Shown one piece after another: positions 1-8,997 of a stretch of DNA of 52,796 nucleotides. The stretch is from a virus (lineage: Duplodnaviria; Caudoviricetes), in IMG/VR virus record IMGVR_UViG_3300034524_000081, positions 1 to 52,796 of that record; one strand, 5' to 3'. The notes beneath the pieces were generated by a model, which had not been told where the DNA came from, ran no database searches, and saw nothing but the letters and a program-made list of their open reading frames with translations. Made by a program: the position numbers and the translations under genes. The first letter of the stretch is position 1, and the number at the start of each line of letters is the position of its first letter.

Positions 1-20
1 GTATCCGATGGAGCGGTTGC
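1..20. repeat. Left att core / terminal direct repeat GTATCCGATGGAGCGGTTGC
   Basis: Identical to 52777-52796; lies just past the integrase stop codon. Confidence 0.9.
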
Positions 21-68
21 CTCATTATGGGTGCAAAGATACATTGAGAAGATATATAATTATTAAAA

Positions 69-1571
69 CTAAAAATACATCGTGCCCCGGATTATTCGGG
101 GTTTTATTTTTTTTGTTATATAACTAAAAATATTTAAAACCACATAATTATCATATATTATCAAATCTTTTATTATATTTTTTGCTGCTAGATTCTTTTC
201 TTTTTGCGTTAATTTGTTCCATGATTTAGTTACTATATCTATTTTGTTTTTTAAAATATCAATATTATTTACTGCATTATTTTTTATCATAATTTGTTCT
301 TCCAAATTTTTTATTTTTTTATGCAGATTATCTATTTTAAATTTGTATGTTTTGTTTATCTTATTGAATTGAGCTTCTGAAATTCTGTTATGTATTTTAA
401 AATCATCATATAATTCAACTGAGGCGTTTTCGTATTTTATTAATTCTTTTTTTAATTCAGTTATTTCTTTTTTGATTGGTTCTATATCTATGGCCATTTC
501 TTTTGCATATTTGGCTTTTAATTTTTCTAACGTATAAGGGTTGTTGCCTAATTTTAAAATTACATTTTCAACATATTTTTCTATAGAGTCGGCATCAACC
601 AAAAGCGAATCACATCGTTTTTTTGTTTTTTTATCTCGAGTTTGACATATATAACGTCTTAATCCTCTGTTGTATCTTATATAAAAAGTTTTTCCGCATT
701 TACCGCATTTAATTTGAGATGACAAAAAATGTATTTTTCTTTCTAAGTTAGTATAACATGGAGCTGACCGACTTACAATCTCCTGAACTTCTTTAAAAGT
801 TTTTTCACTGATTATGGCTTCATGTTGGCCTTTTTTTATTTCACCGTTATATTCGATGTAACCGGCATATAAAGGGTTTCTTAAAATATATAAAATTGAA
901 CCCTTATCCCATTCTTTTTGGCCAGAAGGAGACTTGATATTGTTGTTATACAGGTAATTCCAAATATCTACCATTCCGTAACCTTTTTTTCTCATTTCAA
1001 ATATTTTTTTTACTATTTTAGACGTTTTAGGGTTGGGTATTATAGTTTTGCTGTTTTTATCATGCATATATCCAAAAGGAATTATCCCTCCCGGCCATCT
1101 GCCTTGATTAACCATGGTTTCTTTGTTTGTTTTAATGTATTCGCTTAATTCTTCTGAATAATATTGATCAAAGTCTACCAGTATATTTCTCATCAATCGC
1201 CCTGAAGGAGTCGATGTATCTATAAGTTGTGTAACGGATACTACTGATACATTATATTTATCAAGATAATCTACAATTTCGTGAAATTCTTTGATTCTTC
1301 TTGATAATCGGGAAAATTTAAAAACTAAAACTTTTGAAATTTTGCCTTCCTGGGCAAGTTTAAGTATTTTTTTAAGTCCAGGACGTTTTTTATATGATAT
1401 TTTATATCCGGAAAAATCTATATCTTCTTCGATATATCTTAAATCAAGATTTTGAAGTTTGCAGTAATCTCTAAATTTTTCTTTTTGGGTTTCAGGAGAT
1501 GTAATATCTACATCTGAATCGTTTTTAAATTTATCTTTTGATACTCTCACATAACCTGCTACTATTTCCAT
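69..1571 (-). CDS. Large serine recombinase (integrase)
   Basis: N-terminal YVRVS catalytic motif, SRLSR motif, recombinase domain (PFGY...NPLYAG), CGKCG zinc ribbon, C-terminal coiled coil. Confidence 0.95.
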   Translation of the reverse strand: MEIVAGYVRVSKDKFKNDSDVDITSPETQKEKFRDYCKLQNLDLRYIEEDIDFSGYKISYKKRPGLKKILKLAQEGKISKVLVFKFSRLSRRIKEFHEIVDYLDKYNVSVVSVTQLIDTSTPSGRLMRNILVDFDQYYSEELSEYIKTNKETMVNQGRWPGGIIPFGYMHDKNSKTIIPNPKTSKIVKKIFEMRKKGYGMVDIWNYLYNNNIKSPSGQKEWDKGSILYILRNPLYAGYIEYNGEIKKGQHEAIISEKTFKEVQEIVSRSAPCYTNLERKIHFLSSQIKCGKCGKTFYIRYNRGLRRYICQTRDKKTKKRCDSLLVDADSIEKYVENVILKLGNNPYTLEKLKAKYAKEMAIDIEPIKKEITELKKELIKYENASVELYDDFKIHNRISEAQFNKINKTYKFKIDNLHKKIKNLEEQIMIKNNAVNNIDILKNKIDIVTKSWNKLTQKEKNLAAKNIIKDLIIYDNYVVLNIFSYITKKIKPRIIRGTMYF

Positions 1572-1608
1572 TCGAGGCTTTTCCCTCCTTTTTTCTTCAT
1601 ATAATTTC

Positions 1609-2235
1609 TTATGGCGTTATAACAATCTTAACTACCTTTCCTATTATTTTTACATCGCCTTTCTTTATTACCTTTGGTTTATATTTTGGGTTTTCAGGTT
1701 GGAGCACCAATAGCCCGTTTGTTTTAAATACTCTCTTGATTGTAGCTTCTTCATTATCAACCATTACTACTGCTATACTTCCATTGTCAACGTCATTTTG
1801 CTGCCTAACAAGAACTAGTGCTCCTTCCGGTATGTTTGCGTTTATCATTGAATCACCTTTTACTCGTAGAAAAAAATAGTTACCGTCCTTGACGGTTTCA
1901 AGTTCAACTACTTCATATCCTTCGATATTCTGCACCGCAAGAATAGGTTCACCTGCTTTTATTGTTCCTACTATGGGAATTTTTACGAGAGGTCCGGGAT
2001 AAAACCCTCCTATTTTTTCTATGATGTCTCTATTAGGGTTGCGGATGTTGGTTCGACCTGCTAACCAATCCAATGAGACGTTAAAATAATTGGCTATTTT
2101 GTTTAAAGTTTCTAAATCTGGTTCTCTTAATCCATTTTCATATGCACTTATAGCTTGTTGAGTTAAACCTAATATTTTTGCTAGTTCATTTTGGCTGATT
2201 TTCTTTTCTATTCGCAAATCTTTAATTTTGTTCAT
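1609..2235 (-). CDS. CI/LexA-like repressor (XRE HTH + S24 peptidase)
   Basis: HTH (SQNELAKILGLTQQAISAYENG), AG cleavage site (IKAGEP), GDSM serine and TIKR lysine; divergent from cro. Confidence 0.93.
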   Translation of the reverse strand: MNKIKDLRIEKKISQNELAKILGLTQQAISAYENGLREPDLETLNKIANYFNVSLDWLAGRTNIRNPNRDIIEKIGGFYPGPLVKIPIVGTIKAGEPILAVQNIEGYEVVELETVKDGNYFFLRVKGDSMINANIPEGALVLVRQQNDVDNGSIAVVMVDNEEATIKRVFKTNGLLVLQPENPKYKPKVIKKGDVKIIGKVVKIVITP

Positions 2236-2288
2236 TTGTATTCCTCCTTTCTTGATTCATATTATTTTATTTTTATTAAATATATTTT

Positions 2289-2401
2289 ACAACAACAAGT
2301 TGTAAAACCCAAAACATTATTTTGTTGTATTTTTGAAAATTATGTATTGACAACAACGAAATGTAGTTATATAATATAAACTGAACACAACAAAATGAAG
2401 T
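2289..2401. promoter_or_regulatory. Operator array, consensus ACAAC-N5-GTTGT (4 copies here, a fifth at 2623-2637)
   Basis: ACAACAACAAGTTGT 2289-2303; reverse copy 2314-2328; ACAACGAAATGTAGT 2353-2367; ACAACAAAATGAAGT 2387-2401; between divergent repressor and cro. Confidence 0.75.
2347..2375 (+). promoter_or_regulatory. Sigma-A type early lytic promoter
   Basis: TTGACA (2347-2352), 17-bp spacer, TATAAT (2370-2375); an operator fills the spacer. Confidence 0.85.
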
Positions 2402-2421
2402 ATTGGAGGTGATATTACAAC

Positions 2422-2661
2422 ATGAAAAGAGAATTATTAATAACCTTAAGAGGAACAAAAAGTCAAGATAAGTTAGCAAAAGAATTAGGAATATCACAGC
2501 AATTTTTAAGTGCGATAGAATTAGGAGTAAGAAATCCTAATGTTAAATTAATGAAAAAATTTGAGGAATATTTTAAAGTACCTATGGAAGAATTGTTTCC
2601 AGATATTTTTATGAATATACGCACAACAAAATGTGATATTAAGAAAAAGGAGGCAGGTTAA
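2422..2661 (+). CDS. Cro-like XRE HTH regulator
   Basis: SQDKLAKELGISQQFLSAIELG HTH; GGAGGT RBS; divergent from repressor. Confidence 0.9.
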   Translation: MKRELLITLRGTKSQDKLAKELGISQQFLSAIELGVRNPNVKLMKKFEEYFKVPMEELFPDIFMNIRTTKCDIKKKEAG

Positions 2662-2663
2662 TC

Positions 2664-2825
2664 ATGGAACTAATCATGAAAACTATAAACCTTTCAAGAT
2701 TAACCTTAGAAGATTACGAAAACCTAGAACAATTCAGTGAAATTTTAACCATTGGTTTTGAACGTTATATTAAGGAAGTCTTAAAAGAACAAAACGGAAA
2801 GGGAGTTAAAAGCAATGTATCCTAA
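2664..2825 (+). CDS. Small hypothetical early protein (53 aa)
   Basis: Read manually (MELIMKTINLSRL...); AGGAGG RBS; not in ORF track. Confidence 0.55.
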   Translation: MELIMKTINLSRLTLEDYENLEQFSEILTIGFERYIKEVLKEQNGKGVKSNVS

Positions 2826-2964
2826 AACGTTTCCTAAAACGCTTAAATCTCAAAAAATGCTTGTAGGTTTCTTTGCGGGGTCAATATCAGAGTTTAAGAA
2901 AAAAATAGCCGCCGGAAAACTTTTATCCGACAGCTACATAAAAAGAAAAACATGCCTGAATTAA
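2815..2964 (+). CDS. Small hypothetical early protein (49 aa)
   Basis: Read manually (MYPKTFPK...); GGGAG RBS; overlaps previous stop. Confidence 0.45.
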   Translation: MYPKTFPKTLKSQKMLVGFFAGSISEFKKKIAAGKLLSDSYIKRKTCLN

Positions 2965-2992
2965 GTTTATTTTGAAAGGAGGTCAAAAGAAA

Positions 2993-3469
2993 ATGACAGG
3001 TCTTGAAAAAATAATCAAACAGGCCACCAAGGAAGCTTTGCAGGACAGACTAAAGGATTATAACTTTGATGAAATCAAAAACACACTACTAGAATTCCCT
3101 GAAAAAATTAAAAATCAGAAAATGATAGTATCTAGACACCAAGAAATTGTCGAAGATTTAAAACAGCAGATAGAACAGGAAAAAGCTATAATGGAATCCG
3201 TTATCATGGCTGAAATCGAGGCAGAAAAAGACGAAAAAGGCAAGCTGATTTATTCGAATGCCGACAAAAGGAACAGAGAACTTATAATCAGGTTTGCCAA
3301 TTTGGCTACCGAAAACAGCGAATATCAGGAACTTGTTAACCGTTTCAAGGAAGCTGAAAAGAATTTGCAGGCAGCCCAATTTGAACTTGAAACCATAGAA
3401 AACAGCTTTAAAGTTCAGAAGTATATTGTCAAGTTAATTGAGTCGGAAGTTAAACTGATAACAGGCTAA
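2993..3469 (+). CDS. Coiled-coil hypothetical protein, possible recombination accessory factor
   Basis: ATG 2993 after AGGAGG; helical charged sequence; lies in recombination module. Confidence 0.6.
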   Translation: MTGLEKIIKQATKEALQDRLKDYNFDEIKNTLLEFPEKIKNQKMIVSRHQEIVEDLKQQIEQEKAIMESVIMAEIEAEKDEKGKLIYSNADKRNRELIIRFANLATENSEYQELVNRFKEAEKNLQAAQFELETIENSFKVQKYIVKLIESEVKLITG

Positions 3470-3516
3470 AAGCCTAAAAATCAAAATTAAAAAAATAAAA
3501 AGGAGAGTGATTTTAA

Positions 3517-4260
3517 ATGGCCATGAACGCCAATGAATTGATTCTAGCCAATACAAATGAATTGACCGAAGAAGAAAGAAAAGAACTAGAAACGATGATG
3601 AAAGAAGAAATGGAACAATCACGAGAAGGAATCGAACTAAGACCGACCCTTATAAAAATTAACAAAGATACACTTCAATTTTACGATCCTTTCGGGGAAA
3701 TGTTCAAAACTTTGGAGGGTACTGTAATTTACAAGCAAAAAATCAGAGGCTATTGGGATGACCCCACAGAAAAAGTGCCGGCATGTTCTTCAATGGATTG
3801 TATTAATGGGGTAGATACCGAAACAGGCAAGGTAAGAAACTGCGCAACCTGCCCCAATAATCAATGGGGAACAGCAATAGACCAAAAAGGAAACGCAACA
3901 AAAGGTAAGGCATGTAAAGAAATGAGGAGACTTTATATCCTTCGTGATGGCGACAGAGTACCGTGCCTGCTCAGAGTGCCGCCCACATCAATAAAAAACT
4001 GCGACATATACTTCAGCAACCGAATAAATAAAGGCATCCCCGATATAGCAAGGAAGACGGTATTAAGGCTTACTGAAGCATCGAGCGGAGGCTTTAGTTA
4101 CGCTGTTATCCAGTTTGAATTAGGCGACCCGGTAACCCTGCAGGAGTTTAAGGCTTACAGGGAAATGAGAAATGCAATTAAGGCCATAGCCCAGCAGACA
4201 CAGATTACAGCAGAGGATTATGAGGAAAATGAAGATGATTCGCTAAATGCATGGGAATAA
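3517..4260 (+). CDS. Putative ssDNA-binding/recombination protein with Cys cluster and acidic tail
   Basis: CSSMDC...CATCPNNQWG...KACK; acidic C-terminus EENEDDSLNAWE; position before SbcCD. Confidence 0.5.
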   Translation: MAMNANELILANTNELTEEERKELETMMKEEMEQSREGIELRPTLIKINKDTLQFYDPFGEMFKTLEGTVIYKQKIRGYWDDPTEKVPACSSMDCINGVDTETGKVRNCATCPNNQWGTAIDQKGNATKGKACKEMRRLYILRDGDRVPCLLRVPPTSIKNCDIYFSNRINKGIPDIARKTVLRLTEASSGGFSYAVIQFELGDPVTLQEFKAYREMRNAIKAIAQQTQITAEDYEENEDDSLNAWE

Positions 4261-4282
4261 TTTTGCAATAAACTCCATATCA

Positions 4283-4359
4283 GCCGAAACGCCCCGGTTT
4301 CCTCCTCCTTTCCGGGGCGTACAGCAGAGATGGCCAACTGCTGCTGATGAGGCAGGCCA
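4283..4359 (+). ncRNA. Type II hammerhead ribozyme with pseudoknot
   Basis: GCC-GAAA-C; stem III CGCCCCGG/CCGGGGCG; GUA cleavage triplet 4319-4321; stem I CAGCAG/CTGCTG; CTGATGA 4344-4350; stem II GGC/GCC; loop I TGGCC pairs with 3' GGCCA. Confidence 0.9.
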
Positions 4360-4378
4360 GGAAGGAGGTCAAGTAAAA

Positions 4379-4582
4379 ATGGGGTTAGATAGATTTGAAT
4401 ACGGATTTTCTGATCCACAAAGCGAAGAAGCAATAGTAATCTGTGCAGGGTGTGGTGGGGGAATACACAGAAACGAAGATGTATATGTTTTCGATGGAAA
4501 AATATTTCATGATGATTGGGCATGTTTGGTGCAATACATCGACCCCAAAATAATGACTGTGGAAGAAGCCCTGAGAATCTGA
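4379..4582 (+). CDS. Small Cys/His protein, putative zinc finger
   Basis: Likely start ATG 4379 after AAGGAGG; CAGC...H...C; the longer track ORF runs through the ribozyme. Confidence 0.7.
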   Translation: MGLDRFEYGFSDPQSEEAIVICAGCGGGIHRNEDVYVFDGKIFHDDWACLVQYIDPKIMTVEEALRI

Positions 4583-4623
4583 GAATGGTTTAAAAAACGA
4601 AAGTTTGAAGGGAGGTCTAAACA

Positions 4624-4953
4624 ATGCAAATGCAGACTTTTAAGGATTTAATTAAAAGATTTATTATTGAAACTCAATTGATAGAAGACGCAACCGAAGA
4701 CAATCTTATTATTTCAGACAATTATGCTAATAGAATTAAAGCACGTATAAAAAAACAAATACAAGACGAAATTGATATAATCTTAGATTCAAAATTCATA
4801 GATTGTGAACCAGACGTTTATAAGGTAAGTTGGTTTGATTTGATGTCAAAGGAAATAATCGAATCGTTTAACAATAATGACGCAAAATTAAAAAAAACAA
4901 TATGTCTTGTTGATGAACCTGAACCGGTCAAGGGGGTTGATCCACGTGATTAG
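4624..4953 (+). CDS. Hypothetical protein
   Basis: GGAGG RBS; operon context. Confidence 0.65.
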   Translation: MQMQTFKDLIKRFIIETQLIEDATEDNLIISDNYANRIKARIKKQIQDEIDIILDSKFIDCEPDVYKVSWFDLMSKEIIESFNNNDAKLKKTICLVDEPEPVKGVDPRD

Positions 4954-6382
4954 AAGTATAGAATTGGTAAATTTTCAATCCCACAAACATTCCATTATAA
5001 ATTTCGATTCCGGCTTAAATGTTATAGTAGGCCCTACCGATTCAGGAAAAACTGCAATTTTAAGAGCCTTCCGGTGGGTAGCATACAATACTGCTCCCGG
5101 AGATTTTATCAGAGTAGGCAGTAGTAAAGCCATTGTTACTATAACGGTTGAAAACGATGACAAAATCCAAAAAATAACCAGAGAAAGAAGCAGAGGGAGT
5201 ATTAACCGATACATTATCACTGACGAAAATGGAAACGAAAAAGTTTTGGAGGGATTCGGCACTTCTGTTCCGTTGGAAGTACAGAAGATTCTTAACGTAA
5301 GAGAAGTTGATTTCGGTGGCATAGTTTTAAGACCAAATATACTGGAACAGCTTGACGGCCCGTTTTTGGGAAAATCGGTGTCAGCCCCGAACAGAGCAAA
5401 GGTTCTAGGCAAACTTGCCGGCACTGAAAAAATAGATAAAGCAAACAAGGAACTGGGAACAGATTTATACCGCAAAGGGCAGGAAGAAAAACGAATTCAG
5501 AAAGACCTGAGACAATTGGAAGAAAATATAAAGGAATATGATTACCTTCCGGCCATAAAAGAAAGAATTGACATTCTGAAAGGCATACTTGAAAAGCTGA
5601 AAAAAGATAAAGAAATCCACACCAGACTGGTTTTCCTTAAAAACAATTTAGCGAATACAAAACGAGAATACGCAAGGACGCAGTATATTCTCGACAATTT
5701 AAATCTGATAATCCCTGAAACTGAAATAATTTTGAACGGCCTGATATTAGCCATAGAACATCACAAACGATTGAAAATGTTACAAACTAAATTCAATGAG
5801 GTTTTAATCGGCATAGAAAAAAACAAAAAAGTAATAGCAGAGACAAAAGAAATAGATAATGTTTTATCTATTATTAATTCTGCAAATCAGGCAGTAGAAA
5901 AGCATAATAGGCTGGTTAAGCTGTATCAAAAATATGTTTCAATTAATCAATCAGAGAAAAACAATCAATCGGTATTAGCCAGAACTCAATTTATTGATGA
6001 TATTCTTAATGATTTAGGAGAGATGAGGTTAAGGATTAACACTTATAAGCTATTTAAAACATTTAAAGAGAAATTAGACAGAATCATAAAACAAGAATCA
6101 GTTGCATCACAGCAGATAACCAAGACGGATTCAATCAATAAGGTATTTGAAATAGAAAACAGCATCAGAAATAAGATAGAGGAGTTTTTTGATCTGCAAA
6201 AATGGCAAAAACAAATGAATAATTTAACTTCAAGTATCAATGCTGCTCAAAAAAGAATAGATGAACTTAAACAAAAGGCTGAAAAAACCGAAGCTGATTA
6301 TATCAATACTTTAAAACAAATGGGGGTATGCCCGCTGTGCGGGAATAAAATTAATGAAAATAAATTAAAGGAGGTCATATAA
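4946..6382 (+). CDS. SbcC/Rad50-like ATPase, N-terminal part
   Basis: GTG start 4946; NFQSH, Walker A GPTDSGKT, long coiled coil, zinc-hook CPLCG. Confidence 0.88.
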   Translation: MIRSIELVNFQSHKHSIINFDSGLNVIVGPTDSGKTAILRAFRWVAYNTAPGDFIRVGSSKAIVTITVENDDKIQKITRERSRGSINRYIITDENGNEKVLEGFGTSVPLEVQKILNVREVDFGGIVLRPNILEQLDGPFLGKSVSAPNRAKVLGKLAGTEKIDKANKELGTDLYRKGQEEKRIQKDLRQLEENIKEYDYLPAIKERIDILKGILEKLKKDKEIHTRLVFLKNNLANTKREYARTQYILDNLNLIIPETEIILNGLILAIEHHKRLKMLQTKFNEVLIGIEKNKKVIAETKEIDNVLSIINSANQAVEKHNRLVKLYQKYVSINQSEKNNQSVLARTQFIDDILNDLGEMRLRINTYKLFKTFKEKLDRIIKQESVASQQITKTDSINKVFEIENSIRNKIEEFFDLQKWQKQMNNLTSSINAAQKRIDELKQKAEKTEADYINTLKQMGVCPLCGNKINENKLKEVI

Positions 6383-6383
6383 G

Positions 6384-6626
6384 ATGATTAACAATGTAAC
6401 CGAAAAATTGAATCTCTTAAAACAAAAGGCTGAAAAGGCCAAAATGGAAAGGACAAAAGCGGAAGCAAATCTTGAAAACTTGAAAAAACAGAAAGAAGAA
6501 ATTATTTCAGAACTGGCGGAACTAGGGGTAAAATCTGAAGAACTGGATTCAAAAATAGAACAGTTAGAAAAAGAAATCGAAGAAGGATTAAAAAAGGCAG
6601 AGGGGTTGTTGAAAGATGTTTATTGA
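6384..6626 (+). CDS. Coiled-coil protein, middle piece of split SbcC
   Basis: AGGAGG RBS; heptad-rich; lies between the two ATPase halves. Confidence 0.7.
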   Translation: MINNVTEKLNLLKQKAEKAKMERTKAEANLENLKKQKEEIISELAELGVKSEELDSKIEQLEKEIEEGLKKAEGLLKDVY

Positions 6627-7266
6627 TATAAATATGCTTGAATCTAAATTGCAGGACTTAAAAGAAAAATACAGCAGGGCAAGCGGTGAACTTGCCCTGC
6701 TCAAACGGCAAAAAGAGGCTAAACAAAAAGAGTTAGTAGAAATTCAAAATGACATTAAAAAATATCAACTTATACAGATATTGTATACCGAGGCATCGGA
6801 ATTTACCAGACAGCAGATTAAAACCAGAATAGATGATACCGTTACGGCTGCTCTCCAGACTGTATTGGAAGATAACGAAATTCGTTTCAATACCGAAATG
6901 AAACAGTATACAGGCCAGCCTGCTGCATACTGGCAGGTAATTGACAAATACGGCGAATTTGAAGTATGCAACAGCCCCGAAGACAGCAGGGGAGGCGGAA
7001 TAGTAGATATGGTTTCGATAGCTTTAAATTTAATCGTATTGGAACTTATTGAGCCTCCACTTGCAGGTCCGTTTTTTGCAGACGAACCAGCAAAAATGGT
7101 CTCAAGAGAATATCTACCAAATTTATCAGCATTTCTAAAATCATATTCAAAAGAAAAACAGAGGCAAATAATTATGATTACTCATGCTATGGTGCATGAA
7201 AAACATGCCGATAAGCTGATTAAGGTCGGCAAAAAGAATGGAGAAAGCGAGGTCGAGGAATTATGA
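6616..7266 (+). CDS. SbcC/Rad50-like ATPase, C-terminal part
   Basis: Signature-like SRGGG, Walker B FFADEP, H-loop IMITH. Confidence 0.85.
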   Translation: MFIDINMLESKLQDLKEKYSRASGELALLKRQKEAKQKELVEIQNDIKKYQLIQILYTEASEFTRQQIKTRIDDTVTAALQTVLEDNEIRFNTEMKQYTGQPAAYWQVIDKYGEFEVCNSPEDSRGGGIVDMVSIALNLIVLELIEPPLAGPFFADEPAKMVSREYLPNLSAFLKSYSKEKQRQIIMITHAMVHEKHADKLIKVGKKNGESEVEEL

Positions 7267-8261
7267 CGTTAAGGTTTATAGCCACAAACGACTGGCACTG
7301 GCGTAGCGTCAATCCTAGAGGCAGAATAGACAATTACAATGAAGCATTAAAGATAAAAATAAAAGAAATTTTTGATATGGCAGACGAAATGGAAGTAGAC
7401 GCTATTCTTGTTGCAGGAGATATTTTTGACAGCCCGGGGGTTGGATGGGGAACGGTTTACGATTTAATGGATTTGCTTTCCAATAGACCCTGCCCGATAT
7501 GTGCTATTGCAGGCCAGCATGACGAATGGGATCACGATCCGGAATCTCTTAACAGGACTCCGTTTGGAATATTGGAAAAGGCGGGATTGATTATTAATAT
7601 TGCAAAATATCCTCAATTTATAACTTTGGGTTCTCAATGGCTAAAAATAACCGGCAGACATTATTCCTATGAAGCTGATAGGGCAGAATGGTATTATGAT
7701 ATACCAAATGATTTGATCCATGAAAAAAGCGATATAACTATCATGCTTTCTCATGGAACTGTTTTGGAAAGATCTCCGGGATTTGATATGAAATATACCC
7801 TTGTTGAAAACATCAAAAGCCGAGCAGATGTTATCTGTGTCGGGGATTATCACCCCGGCATAGGAATCAAGGAATTTAAAAATATGTTCGGTTGCAAAGG
7901 ATATGTTATTAATCCGGGTTCGCTGGCAAGGCTTAAAGCCACGACAGAAAACATGGAACGGCTTGTAAGTGTGGCGTATTTTGAGATAACGGAAGAAGGG
8001 ATTATTAACCCAAAAAAAATTATACCCCTGGATTCGGCCAAACCGGGAAAAGATGTTTTATCGAGAGAGCATTTAGAAAGAATGGAGGAAAAACAGGCTA
8101 TGCTTAATGAGTTTTTAGGACTGCTTTCTAATGACAGCAGAATCAAGTTTCTTAATTCAAGGCAAGTAATTGAGACAATCGCAAAAGAAAAAGGGTATCC
8201 TGATGAGGTTGTTAGAGAGGCATTGGAAAGGTTAAATAGAGCAGAAGAAGGGGAGGCGTAA
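7263..8261 (+). CDS. SbcD/Mre11-like metallophosphoesterase nuclease
   Basis: DWH, AGDIFD, GQHD, SHG, GDYH and NPGS motifs. Confidence 0.9.
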   Translation: MTLRFIATNDWHWRSVNPRGRIDNYNEALKIKIKEIFDMADEMEVDAILVAGDIFDSPGVGWGTVYDLMDLLSNRPCPICAIAGQHDEWDHDPESLNRTPFGILEKAGLIINIAKYPQFITLGSQWLKITGRHYSYEADRAEWYYDIPNDLIHEKSDITIMLSHGTVLERSPGFDMKYTLVENIKSRADVICVGDYHPGIGIKEFKNMFGCKGYVINPGSLARLKATTENMERLVSVAYFEITEEGIINPKKIIPLDSAKPGKDVLSREHLERMEEKQAMLNEFLGLLSNDSRIKFLNSRQVIETIAKEKGYPDEVVREALERLNRAEEGEA

Positions 8262-8264
8262 ATT

Positions 8265-8486
8265 ATGGAAAGGTTTGAAAAAGCTGAACAGTTAAAAGAT
8301 AAGTTGATTGAAATTTTGAAAGAGTTCAAAGAATGGGAGTGCCCCATGTTGTTAAATTCAAAAAAAACAAAATCAATATTCGGCAACAGGAAATTATGCG
8401 AAGATTGTATTTTTAACGTCAATATATACATTCCTTATGCAGATTCTTACAGAATGTGTGATTTATTAGAAATATTCTGTAACTGA
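8265..8486 (+). CDS. Small Cys-containing hypothetical protein
   Basis: GGAGG RBS; CP...CEDC...C. Confidence 0.6.
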   Translation: MERFEKAEQLKDKLIEILKEFKEWECPMLLNSKKTKSIFGNRKLCEDCIFNVNIYIPYADSYRMCDLLEIFCN

Positions 8487-8997
8487 TAGATTACAGGACG
8501 TAGTTAAATACAATTTTGATTTGTCGTATGATTTTTCTCAATGGTACAATCTGTTTGGCTCTCAATTATCGCAAAAAGATTTCACAAAATTTTTAAAATG
8601 TTTGCCCGATGGTCAGTTAAAAGATTATGAATCGTTATTAGCAAGTGTCCAGAAGTTGAAAATAGCAACCCAGATAACAGGAGATTATGAATATGAAGAC
8701 GATAACAATATTACGATTATGTTTAAAGCAAAGGATGGCGAAGGTTCGGCCAGACTACCCAAAACATTATCAATTGAATTATGTTTGTTGAATGAAAGTC
8801 AATACAAACAAACAATCGAGATTGAGCTTAAATTAATTAAACCTAAATCCGAAAATGAAAAACCACATTTTGAAATACAGTGTCCGAAAATAAAAAGATA
8901 TCTTGATGAAGCAATTAAACATGCGATAAATGATATGAAAGAACAATTAAATGAATTTCTAATTGTAGCTGGTCGGCCAGATTTGCGAAATGGGTAA
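8470..8997 (+). pseudogene. 5'-truncated gene, possibly YfdQ/DUF2303-like
   Basis: Frame is open from 8470 but has no RBS or good start; sequence resembles the C-terminal part of this phage family (from recall). Confidence 0.4.

Noticed and set aside
4247-4378. N-terminal extension of track ORF 4247..4582
   Set aside because: Runs through the hammerhead ribozyme; the strong RBS points to ATG 4379
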